Source: an uncultured Candidatus Saccharibacteria bacterium (GTDB lineage Bacteria; Patescibacteriota; Minisyncoccia; UBA6257; 2-01-FULL-56-20). Taken from it: a stretch of 64,000 bases of DNA. The stretch covers positions 2,684 to 66,683 of the forward strand of contig CAYIOP010000002.1 of the NCBI GenBank assembly GCA_964365185.1, written 5' to 3'. How positions within the stretch are numbered: the stretch's first letter is position 1; every line of letters starts with the position of its first letter. Position numbers and translations under genes: made by a program. This document shows, in pieces, positions 56,191 to 64,000 of the stretch. The notes beneath the pieces were generated by a model. The model was not told where the DNA came from. It did not search any database and worked only from the letters and a program-made list of their open reading frames with translations.

Positions 56191-56596
56191 AATCAAAGTT
56201 AAAAATTCCGGTCTTATAAAAATTTCAGTTCGTAAAGATAAGCGTGGTAATCTTTTCGCCGCCGAAGCTCTCCGCCAGATCCCTTTTCTGATTCGGCGGG
56301 TTTATTTTCTGACTGATTTCAAAAATTCTAACACTGCTCGCGGCCAGCATGCTCATAAAAAATTAAACCAAGTTATTTTCTGTCTTCGTGGTTCTTTTTA
56401 TTTAAGCTTGGATGATGGAAAACAGAAACAGAAAATCCGCTTGAGCAATCCCTCGCTCGGTATTCTATTAAGGCCGAAATTGTGGCACAGTATGAGCCGG
56501 TTCTCTAAAGATTGCGTTATTCTGGTAGTCGCGAGCGACTATTATAAGGAAACCGATTACATTCGGGATTATAGTGATTTTAAAAAATTAAAATGA
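56180..56596 (+). CDS. WxcM/FdtA-like sugar 3,4-ketoisomerase domain protein
   Basis: DKRGNLFAAE...IRRVYFLT...RGQHAHKKLNQVIFCLRG...LVVASDYYKETDYIRDY matches the FdtA/QdtA core. Confidence 0.65.
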   Translation: MAIKIKVKNSGLIKISVRKDKRGNLFAAEALRQIPFLIRRVYFLTDFKNSNTARGQHAHKKLNQVIFCLRGSFYLSLDDGKQKQKIRLSNPSLGILLRPKLWHSMSRFSKDCVILVVASDYYKETDYIRDYSDFKKLK

Positions 56597-57537
56597 ACTC
56601 CAAACCTAAAAAAACTATTCTTGTAACCGGCGCCTTAGGCCATATCGGCTCCAAGCTCATTCGTGAATTTTCTCCGGAGATTGTGGGCAAGGTGATTATC
56701 GTCGATAATCTTTTGACCCAGCGCTACGCTTCGCTTTTTAATCTTCCCGCATCAATTCAATACGAATTTCACGAAGACGATATTCACACCGCCGATTTTT
56801 CAAAATATCTAAAAAGCGTAGATGCGGTGATTCACTTGGCCGCCATCACCGACGCTCCGGCTTCAGTAGATAATTCCAAAGAAACCTTCGATGTGAATCT
56901 CGGCGGCACCAAGCGATTGGCTGACGCTTGTCTTGTCGCAAACGTACCTATGTTTTTTCCGTCAACCACCAGCGTCTATGGGTCCCAAGAAAATTTTGTG
57001 GGCGAAACCTGCGAAGAACTTAAACCCCAAAGCCCGTACGCTGAATCCAAACTTCAGGCCGAAGAATATCTTCGCGGCTTGAAATCCCAAGGACTTAAAT
57101 TTATCATCTGTCGCCTCGGCACAATCTTTGGTTATTCAGTTGGAATGCGATTTCACACCGCGGTCAATAAATTCACTTGGCAAGCGGTTCATGGTATTCC
57201 TCTTACTGTCTGGAAAACAGCTTGGCAGCAAAAACGTCCTTATCTTGATCTTGCCGATTGCGTTAAAGCCATTAATCTCATTTTGGAGCGCGATATTTTT
57301 GACGGAGAAACTTATAATATCCTTACCAATAATTTTACGGTTGAAGATATTGTAACAACTATTAAAAAATTTATTCCTAATCTTGAAATTAGTTATGTTG
57401 ATTCAGCGATTATGAACCAGCTTTCTTATGAAGTTAGCGATGCGAAGTTTAAATCCTTAGGATTCGTATTGACCGGCAATTTGGAAAAAGGGATTAAAGA
57501 AACAATAGATAGTTTGAATGGCCTCTTCTCAACTTAA
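56593..57537 (+). CDS. NAD-dependent epimerase/dehydratase (SDR)
   Basis: ILVTGALGHIGSKL; YAESKLQAE (YxxxK). Confidence 0.75.
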   Translation: MNSKPKKTILVTGALGHIGSKLIREFSPEIVGKVIIVDNLLTQRYASLFNLPASIQYEFHEDDIHTADFSKYLKSVDAVIHLAAITDAPASVDNSKETFDVNLGGTKRLADACLVANVPMFFPSTTSVYGSQENFVGETCEELKPQSPYAESKLQAEEYLRGLKSQGLKFIICRLGTIFGYSVGMRFHTAVNKFTWQAVHGIPLTVWKTAWQQKRPYLDLADCVKAINLILERDIFDGETYNILTNNFTVEDIVTTIKKFIPNLEISYVDSAIMNQLSYEVSDAKFKSLGFVLTGNLEKGIKETIDSLNGLFST

Positions 57538-57552
57538 AGCAGAGCTTCTCGA

Positions 57553-58251
57553 ATGAAAATAATTTTCTTGAATCTATGGGGCGCTAAGATTAAAAAAAAC
57601 CTCGCCGAATTTTTAAAGTCCCAATCCCATAATACCGATATTTTTTGCCTCCAAGAGGTTTATGGTGAAGCGAAGTCGCTTTTAATAGATTGCTTATCCG
57701 ATTTTAAAGAAGTGTCGGCAACTAAACCGATGGCTTTTGGTAATAATTTTTTCGCCCAAGCGACATACATAAAAGAGAATATACCAATTATAAGTTCAGA
57801 TACTTTATTGGAAAATGAAAATGAATCTGGACTCGGTCTTTCTGTGTATATTAGTTTTAAAGGAAAAGATCTACATATTTGCAACTTCCACGGCTTAACC
57901 TTTGCCGAAGACGACGACAAATTGGACACTTCAACTCGGCTCTTTCAGTCAGAATTAATAATTAAAAATTTTGAAAAGAAATCGGGTCTTAAAATCATTG
58001 GCGGTGACTTCAACATCCTACCTCAAGCCGAAAGTATAAAGATGTTCGAAAAGAAGGGTTACACCGATCTCATCAAAAAGTATCACATAACTACAACCAG
58101 AAGCCGCATTGCCTTAAAAAAATATCCCGGTCACGAAGAATATTTTTCCGATTATGTTTTTATAAGTCCTGATGTAAAACTTAAAAAGTTTTCCGTCCCC
58201 AGCCTAGAAATTTCCGATCACCTACCCCTGATTCTTGAAATCGACGTTTAG
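57553..58251 (+). CDS. endonuclease/exonuclease/phosphatase (EEP) family protein
   Basis: IFCLQEV N-terminal motif; C-terminal SDHLPLILE. Confidence 0.55.
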   Translation: MKIIFLNLWGAKIKKNLAEFLKSQSHNTDIFCLQEVYGEAKSLLIDCLSDFKEVSATKPMAFGNNFFAQATYIKENIPIISSDTLLENENESGLGLSVYISFKGKDLHICNFHGLTFAEDDDKLDTSTRLFQSELIIKNFEKKSGLKIIGGDFNILPQAESIKMFEKKGYTDLIKKYHITTTRSRIALKKYPGHEEYFSDYVFISPDVKLKKFSVPSLEISDHLPLILEIDV

Positions 58252-58283
58252 AAGAGAGGAACAAACGTACGTAGGTTATAAAT

Positions 58284-58311
58284 TTGACATTTTTTAGGGT
58301 TTGTGTATAAT
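58284..58311 (+). promoter_or_regulatory. near-consensus sigma70 promoter (TTGACA-N16-TATAAT)
   Basis: TTGACA at 58284-58289, TATAAT at 58306-58311, ~58 nt upstream of the 58369 start. Confidence 0.4.
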
Positions 58312-58368
58312 GGTGGCAGAAGCTTGAATTCCCGTTTTCCTAATCCATAAAAGAAAGGATGGCACTCT

Positions 58369-59103
58369 TTGGTTATTAAAAAACTTCCCTTCCCGCGTCT
58401 CGCCGAATTAGTGAGAAAGAGGTACGAGCAGAATCCGGACGCGAAGAGACACGGTTCTTTTGAAGAGCACGATCTTCTTGTTGGTAGCTTTGCTTCTATC
58501 ATCGCTCCCAATCCAAGAACAGGACGTCTTGGAATTGCTGCCGGATATTGTCACAGTATCGATCACCTCGTAGGAGGGCGTCTCGACAATTTTGATGTCG
58601 AAAACCCAGCGAATCTCCGTAAGACGGCCACCACTCCCGAAGAAGTGGAGCGTTACTTGCGTGAACTCCTCGCAGCTTCAAAGGAACTCTCCGAGGAAGA
58701 CCAAGAAGAAGTGGTGCAGGCGGTTCTTCATCACGAAGGAAACAATGAGCAGATCGACTTACTCCCGCATCACCTCTTGGCACAGACTTTAGTCGAAGCC
58801 GATCGCCTTGCCAACATGATCACCACGATTCCAATGCGGGGCGCAAGGTTTAGTTTGCACTTGCCCTTAGTCGACCCTCTTCATTTTGAGAATGATCCCG
58901 CTGCGAATTATCGCAATCCTAAATCTGTTCTCTGGGACGTAGCCAACTGCGCCAGTTGGGGAGATCGCGGGGGGCCCTATATACTCCGGCTTCCCAAAGC
59001 TCGAGAGCTAGGAGCCAAGTACGCAGCCCACCTCCGGCAGATAATCGCATGGATTCGCGAAGACTACATGGATACGAGAATCGTTTCTGAAAACTCGAAT
59101 TAA
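58369..59103 (+). CDS. hypothetical protein (GC-rich; possible HD-type metal-dependent hydrolase)
   Basis: CHSIDH ... HHEG ... EADRL spacing loosely resembles HD-domain metal ligands. Confidence 0.35.
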   Translation: MVIKKLPFPRLAELVRKRYEQNPDAKRHGSFEEHDLLVGSFASIIAPNPRTGRLGIAAGYCHSIDHLVGGRLDNFDVENPANLRKTATTPEEVERYLRELLAASKELSEEDQEEVVQAVLHHEGNNEQIDLLPHHLLAQTLVEADRLANMITTIPMRGARFSLHLPLVDPLHFENDPAANYRNPKSVLWDVANCASWGDRGGPYILRLPKARELGAKYAAHLRQIIAWIREDYMDTRIVSENSN

Positions 59104-59130
59104 TTTATTCGTTTTTCGTAGTCATGAACA

Positions 59131-59167
59131 AAAAGCGGCCTAGGAATAATCCCAGGCCGCTTTTCAT
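59131..59167. terminator. hairpin terminator (aaaagcggcctagg-aataat-cccaggccgctttt)
   Basis: GC stem flanked by an A-run and a T-run (bidirectional-type). Confidence 0.5.
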
Positions 59168-60397
59168 TTGAAATTAGTCCCCTCGAATGTTAGAATGAAG
59201 CCCATGAAAATCAAACTTAGTCCTATTATTGACTTCGGAAAAATGCCGATTGCCAACGCCTTTTTAACTGAAGATCAGTTTAAAGACGAGTATTTCTATA
59301 ATATGGTTTTGGGTTATGACCCCGAAACGCACGCTATCGGACTCGTAAACACCGTTCCGCCTAAGATGATGTTTCACGACCACTACGCTTTTTTCTCCGG
59401 AACTTCCAAGGCCATGCAAAAACACTTTCGAAATACGGCGGAAAAACTTCTGCCTCTGGCGGGAAAAGGTATGGTCGTTGAGGTTGGTTCAAATGATGGC
59501 ATCATGCTTGAGGCCTGGAAAGAATTTGGAGTCAAAGCCATCGGTGTTGAGCCATCCAGGAATGTGGCCGAGGTCTCCAAATCGCGCGGCCACGATGTTA
59601 TCATTAAATTTTTAACTCCCGAAGTTGTTGACGAAATTTTATCCCAAGGAAAAGTATCACTGGTCTATAGCGCCAACACCTCTTGCCACATCGAAGGGTT
59701 CGTCGAATATCTTGCAGGTATCACTAAATTAATTGGTCAGGGCGGCATTTTTGTTTTTGAAGACCCTTATTTTTTGGATATTATTGAGAAAACATCTTAC
59801 GACCAGATTTACGATGAACATGTCTGGTATTTTACTATTTCGTTTATAAATCAAATACTTAAGCCCTACGGTTTCCATGTTTTCGATTGTGAACACATCG
59901 AAGTGCACGGCGGCGAGCTCCGAATGTATGTTGGTCATAAAGACACTCATCCCGCAAAACCAATTGTTGCTGAGTGGCTCAAAAAAGAAGTTGATCTTCC
60001 AACCAAACTCGAAGTTTTAAAAGCCAATGTCCAAAAGTCAAAAGTTATGCTTCTTGAAATACTGAATCAGTTAAAAAAAGAAGGCAGGCGTTTAGCTGGA
60101 TTTGGCGCAACTTCTAAAGCCACCACCATTTTCAATTATTGCGGCATTGGGCCAGACCTTATACCTTTTGTGACCGACACCACTCCGTTGAAGCAAGGTA
60201 AATACTATCCCGGCGTTCACATTCCGGTTGTTCCTCAGGGGGTTTTTGAGGCCGGCAAGACCGACTCGTCAAAATTTATTGATTATGTTTTTTTAGGCGC
60301 CTGGAACCATTTTAAAGAAATTGATGAGTATCAATCATGGTTTAGGGTTGCGGGCGGGCATTGGATAACCCATGTGCCTCTGCCGAAAATTATTTAA
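59168..60397 (+). CDS. SAM-dependent C-methyltransferase-like protein (NDP-hexose C-methyltransferase family architecture)
   Basis: VVEVGSNDGIMLEAWKEFG (motif I), DVIIKFLTPE... and a long C-terminal domain, as in TylCIII/NovU-type enzymes. The start may be 59204. Confidence 0.55.
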   Translation: MKLVPSNVRMKPMKIKLSPIIDFGKMPIANAFLTEDQFKDEYFYNMVLGYDPETHAIGLVNTVPPKMMFHDHYAFFSGTSKAMQKHFRNTAEKLLPLAGKGMVVEVGSNDGIMLEAWKEFGVKAIGVEPSRNVAEVSKSRGHDVIIKFLTPEVVDEILSQGKVSLVYSANTSCHIEGFVEYLAGITKLIGQGGIFVFEDPYFLDIIEKTSYDQIYDEHVWYFTISFINQILKPYGFHVFDCEHIEVHGGELRMYVGHKDTHPAKPIVAEWLKKEVDLPTKLEVLKANVQKSKVMLLEILNQLKKEGRRLAGFGATSKATTIFNYCGIGPDLIPFVTDTTPLKQGKYYPGVHIPVVPQGVFEAGKTDSSKFIDYVFLGAWNHFKEIDEYQSWFRVAGGHWITHVPLPKII

Positions 60398-60517
60398 AAC
60401 GTAGCAGTTGCTACTCATAAATAATTTAGTATTTTTCATTAGGATTCCTTGAGGGGAAAAAATAGACATCGTTCCATCAATAAAGTATTATTGAAAAAAC
60501 AAAAATAATCAAAGAAC

Positions 60518-61330
60518 ATGGAGTGCGAGAAATGCAATTTTAAAAACCCAACCGCGACTGCGACGGCAGTAGTTATTAAAAATGGAGAAATTCTTCTCTT
60601 AAAAAGAAATGAAGATCCTCATAAAGGAGAATGGGATTTTATCGGAGGATTTCTAAATGAAGAAGAAACTCCTCTTATGGCTCTAAAACGAGAGATTAGA
60701 GAAGAACTAAGCGTGACAGAGTTCAACGTTGACTATATAAAATCATTCCCAGGCACGCATCTTTGGAAAGACAAAACCTACCCCATCCTTTCCCACGCTT
60801 TCTTAGTAAGCCTAGGGAGCGATCTCAAACTTAACGAGGAAAACAGCGAGTATAATTTTGTTCCACTCAAGGAAGTTGAGTCCGTCTGTTTTGATTCAAA
60901 TATGAAGATACTTCAGTATGTAAAGGAAAATTTTCTGTTTGACTTGCCGAGAGTCGAAGAGCTTATGCGGCAGCTTGATCCCCAGATGAAATTAAATGAG
61001 CAATATATTTACAAAGCCATTTTAGATGGCTTTGTTTCGAAAAAGTACGACGGCAATAAGTTGATCGGTTTGGGATGGATATTCCCTCGGCAAACTATGG
61101 TTCGAAGGCAGGCGGTCGTGGAAGATATGATTGTTGATAACGCCTACCGAGGGAAAGGTTTTGGCAGAGAAATTCTAAAAGATTTACTCCGGTGGGCCAA
61201 AGAAAACGATATGGATATGGTTGAGCTTACAACCAATCCTGCGCGAGTAGCTGCTAACGAACTTTATAAATCAGAGGGCTTTTGGTTGCACCCAACAAAT
61301 CATTATTTATACAACGTTAAGAAAAATTAA
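60518..61330 (+). CDS. NUDIX hydrolase - GNAT acetyltransferase fusion protein
   Basis: NUDIX box GGFLNEEETPLMALKREIREELS; C-terminal GNAT motif A RGKGFGREILKDLLRWAKEN. Confidence 0.6.
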   Translation: MECEKCNFKNPTATATAVVIKNGEILLLKRNEDPHKGEWDFIGGFLNEEETPLMALKREIREELSVTEFNVDYIKSFPGTHLWKDKTYPILSHAFLVSLGSDLKLNEENSEYNFVPLKEVESVCFDSNMKILQYVKENFLFDLPRVEELMRQLDPQMKLNEQYIYKAILDGFVSKKYDGNKLIGLGWIFPRQTMVRRQAVVEDMIVDNAYRGKGFGREILKDLLRWAKENDMDMVELTTNPARVAANELYKSEGFWLHPTNHYLYNVKKN

Positions 61331-62034
61331 TGCGGAGCATTACTAAAAATCCTAACCGGATAAACATAATACCGCCCCGTATAATTATCTGGGGAGGCAC
61401 CGGACAGGCGAAAGTTATTCGGCCCATTATTGAACATTACGGATCAAAAGTTGTTGCTGTTATTGATGATACTCCTGGCCTGCCGTCGCCCTTTCCTGAT
61501 GTAGAAATTTGGCGCGGGTATGAAGGATTTAAGCAATGGGCGGCGCAAGAGAAAAGCCGCAGTGAAATCGGTTTTTGTATTGCTATTGGTAATCCCCATG
61601 GACGCGCGCGTCTGCGGTTACACGACTTACTTATCAAAGAGGGTTTGTCGGCGATAAGCATTGCTCATCCCAGTGCTATTATTGCCGAGAACGCAATTAT
61701 CGGCGAAGGAGCGCAAATTCTTGCTGGTGCGATTATCCAACCAGAGGCAAAGATAGGAAAGGAATGTATTATAAATACCGGGGCAAGCGTGGACCATGAG
61801 GATATTCTCGAGGATGGAGTAGAGATAGCTCCTGGAGCAGTACTTGCTGGTTTAGTCCGCGTCGAAACATGTGCCTGGGTTGCCTCTGGAGCTATTATAC
61901 TCCCGCGCCTTACAATTGGCGCCGACTCAATTGTTGGTGCCGGAGCGGTTGTGATTGAAAACGTTCCACCTCGAACAGTCGTAGTTGGTATTCCAGCGCG
62001 CAAATTAAAATCAATAGACGATACGCGGAAATAA
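61330..62034 (+). CDS. NeuD/PglD-family hexapeptide-repeat sugar N-/O-acetyltransferase
   Basis: N-terminal Rossmann-like IIIWGGTGQAKVI; left-handed beta-helix repeats; C-terminal VVVGIPAR. Confidence 0.8.
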   Translation: MRSITKNPNRINIIPPRIIIWGGTGQAKVIRPIIEHYGSKVVAVIDDTPGLPSPFPDVEIWRGYEGFKQWAAQEKSRSEIGFCIAIGNPHGRARLRLHDLLIKEGLSAISIAHPSAIIAENAIIGEGAQILAGAIIQPEAKIGKECIINTGASVDHEDILEDGVEIAPGAVLAGLVRVETCAWVASGAIILPRLTIGADSIVGAGAVVIENVPPRTVVVGIPARKLKSIDDTRK

Positions 62035-62036
62035 AA

Positions 62037-63188
62037 ATGCCCAAAATAAACGCTAAAAAAATCAGTAAGATCCGTATGGCCGATCCCTGGATCACCCAGC
62101 ACGAAATTAACGTTGTAAACGAAGCCATGAAAACCGGCTGGAAAAGCTATCAATATGTGGAAAAATTTCAGCCCGCCTTCGCCCGCTATCACGGGCGGAA
62201 ATTTGGCATCATGACTCCTAATTGCACCAGTGCGTTGCACTTATTGCTTTTGTCTTTAGGCATCAAAAAAGGCGACGAAGTTATTTTGCCGGAATGTACT
62301 TGGACCGGCAGTTCGGCGCCGGTTACTTACGTCCAAGCCACTCCGATTCTTTGCGATATTGAGGAAAAAAATTGGTGTTTGGATCCTAAGTCCGTTGAGA
62401 AAAGAATCACTAAACGAACTAAAGCCATTATTGCCGTGGGTCTTTACGGCAATATGCCTAATATGGACGTCTTAACTAAAATCGCCAGAAAACATAAATT
62501 ATTTTTTATTGAAGATGCCGCTGAATCGCTCGGCTCAACCTATAAAGGCCAGAAATCCGGTTCTTTTGGCATCGCCTCTGTCTTTAGTTTTCATCGCACC
62601 AAAACTTTAACTACCGGCGAAGGCGGTATGTTGCTTTTAGACAATAAAAAAATCTATGATCGCGCTATGTTTCTGCGGGACCACGGCCGACACGCCACGA
62701 TTCCTTACTGGACCGTCGAGGCCGCGCCTAAATACATGCCTTTTAATATTCAAGCCGCTATCGGCTACGCTCAATTTCAAAGATTAGATGAATTAATTGC
62801 GCGTAAGCGGGAAATATTTTTTATGTATCGGAAACTTTTCGCCGATACTCCTGATGTTGAATTGAATGAAGAATCGAAAATTGTGAAAAACGGCGCTTGG
62901 GCGACTTCCTTAATTATCGGTCGTTCCTACTGCATGCCTAAACAGTTTATGATTGATGAATTAAAAAAGCGCGGCCTACCCGCCCGGCCATTTTTCTACC
63001 CACTCTCTTACTTGCCCGGCTATGCTCATTATAAAACTGGCAGTCGAAAATTAAATCCGGTTGCCTACGATGTTTCTTCTCGCGGCATCACTCTGCCCGC
63101 TTCTTTTGATTTAAATAAAGCTCAAATTGAATTTTATGTTCAAGCTGTTAAAGATATTCTTAAATCTCGCTCCAAGCAAAAAAAATGA
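62037..63188 (+). CDS. DegT/DnrJ/EryC1/StrS-family sugar aminotransferase
   Basis: PLP fold-type I; SFHRTKTLTTGEGG (Lys-containing active-site loop). Confidence 0.8.
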   Translation: MPKINAKKISKIRMADPWITQHEINVVNEAMKTGWKSYQYVEKFQPAFARYHGRKFGIMTPNCTSALHLLLLSLGIKKGDEVILPECTWTGSSAPVTYVQATPILCDIEEKNWCLDPKSVEKRITKRTKAIIAVGLYGNMPNMDVLTKIARKHKLFFIEDAAESLGSTYKGQKSGSFGIASVFSFHRTKTLTTGEGGMLLLDNKKIYDRAMFLRDHGRHATIPYWTVEAAPKYMPFNIQAAIGYAQFQRLDELIARKREIFFMYRKLFADTPDVELNEESKIVKNGAWATSLIIGRSYCMPKQFMIDELKKRGLPARPFFYPLSYLPGYAHYKTGSRKLNPVAYDVSSRGITLPASFDLNKAQIEFYVQAVKDILKSRSKQKK

Positions 63189-64000
63189 AGGTAAAATTCG
63201 TCGACCTATCCGAGCCCACTCAAGCTGTTAAAAAAGAATTTTTGAAACGCCTTGGCGCATTTCTGGATAAAGCCAATTTTATTCTCACGGATGAGGTCGC
63301 CGAGTTTGAAAAAGAGTGGGCCGTATATATAGGTACTGATTATGCGGTCGGCGTTTCAAATGGCGCCGACGCGCTTTGGCTCGCGTTGAAATCTTTGGGC
63401 ATTCAAGAAGGGGATGAGGTCATCACTCAAGGCAATGCTTATAACGCCTCCGCAACCGCTATTCTCCGCGCCGGAGCTGTTCCTCGTTACGCCGACATCA
63501 ATCCCAAAACTCTTCTTATCGACCCGTCTAAAATAGAACCCCTCATCAATTCTAAAACTAAAGCGATCATGTCCGTTCATCTCTATGGTCAGGCCTCAGA
63601 TATGAGCGCTATTTTGGCAATCGCTAAAAAGCATCAGCTTTTCGTTATCGAGGACTGCGCTCAAGCGCACGGCGCTACCTGGCAAGGCAAAAAAGTCGGG
63701 GCTTGGGGAGATGTCGCGGCCTGGAGTTTTTATCCCACTAAAAACCTCGGAGCTTTTGGCGATGCCGGCGCCATCACAACCTCAAACGCGCGGGTCAAAG
63801 AAGAAGTTCGAATCTTGCGCAATCTTGGCCAGACCTCAAAAAACAATCACACGCATTTGGGCTACAATATGCGTCTTGATCCCATCCAAGCCATCGCGCT
63901 TTCCCTTAAACTTTCTTATCTAGATGAAGCCATTAGAAAACGGCAGCTAGCCGCCTCTCTTTATAACGAACTTTTCGATCAAGCTAAACTTCCAGTTGAA
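63185..64000 (+). CDS. second DegT/DnrJ/EryC1/StrS-family sugar aminotransferase (partial; runs off the window end)
   Basis: ATG at 63185 overlaps the upstream stop. Translation: MKVKFVDLSEP...AWSFYPTKNLGAFGDAGAITT. Confidence 0.75.
   Translation, partial: MKVKFVDLSEPTQAVKKEFLKRLGAFLDKANFILTDEVAEFEKEWAVYIGTDYAVGVSNGADALWLALKSLGIQEGDEVITQGNAYNASATAILRAGAVPRYADINPKTLLIDPSKIEPLINSKTKAIMSVHLYGQASDMSAILAIAKKHQLFVIEDCAQAHGATWQGKKVGAWGDVAAWSFYPTKNLGAFGDAGAITTSNARVKEEVRILRNLGQTSKNNHTHLGYNMRLDPIQAIALSLKLSYLDEAIRKRQLAASLYNELFDQAKLPVE

Noticed and set aside
61665-62240. 191-aa minus-strand ORF 61665-62240
   Set aside because: It is antisense to the hexapeptide-repeat acetyltransferase, whose GC-rich repetitive codons commonly open long antisense frames.
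1-64000. tRNA, rRNA, transposase or integrase genes
   Set aside because: I scanned the longer intergenic regions (960-1317, 5890-6322, 16034-16219, 29683-29887, 38623-38908, 43700-43960) for T-arm and GTTCGAATCC-like motifs and cloverleaf spacing and found none. No DDE/serine/tyrosine recombinase-like ORF is present. The dispersed repeats therefore lack an obvious cognate transposase in this window.

Overview
The window reads as a low-GC, reduced-genome bacterium, and by inference probably a CPR/Patescibacteria-type organism. The inference rests on short core proteins, weak or absent Shine-Dalgarno sequences, a T4SS-like locus and a large glycan locus. It spans the chromosomal origin neighbourhood, with dnaA and dnaN on the minus strand and rpmH-rnpA-yidC-jag on the plus strand. 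Other housekeeping genes include ruvA, yebC, ruvC, a class A PBP, murE-like, ksgA, a UvrD-like helicase, comM/yifB, secG, gpmI and rny. Three regions stand out.

1. A minus-strand type IV secretion/conjugation-like cluster at about 13.2-26.7 kb. It carries a VirB2-like pilin candidate with a Cys/Gly-rich tail, a VirB4 ATPase that is apparently split or frameshifted, VirB3-like and VirB6-like membrane proteins, and large secreted proteins. A four-helix-bundle ('23S rRNA intervening sequence' family) gene flanked by inverted repeats interrupts the cluster.

2. Several families of short dispersed repeats. Two 54-57 bp copies of one family sit in-frame inside ksgA, much like Rickettsia palindromic elements. 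A 133-bp element with terminal inverted repeats abuts the start codons of two genes. Four copies of a 20-bp palindrome lie between ruvA and yraN. Two conserved hairpin/RNA-like motifs each occur twice.

3. A compositionally mosaic glycan-biosynthesis locus at 42.6-64 kb. It encodes GDP-fucose synthesis (gmd, fcl), a GT10 alpha-1,3-fucosyltransferase, an FdtA/FdtB/FdtC-like 3-acetamido-sugar route, a split TPP-dependent E1 alpha/beta pair with an RfbH-like dehydrase, a C-methyltransferase and a NUDIX-GNAT fusion. It also carries a PAPS-reductase-family / SemiSWEET / sulfatase trio.

No tRNA, rRNA, CRISPR array, transposase or integrase could be recognised. All calls are from reading the sequence and the ORF track, not from database searches.
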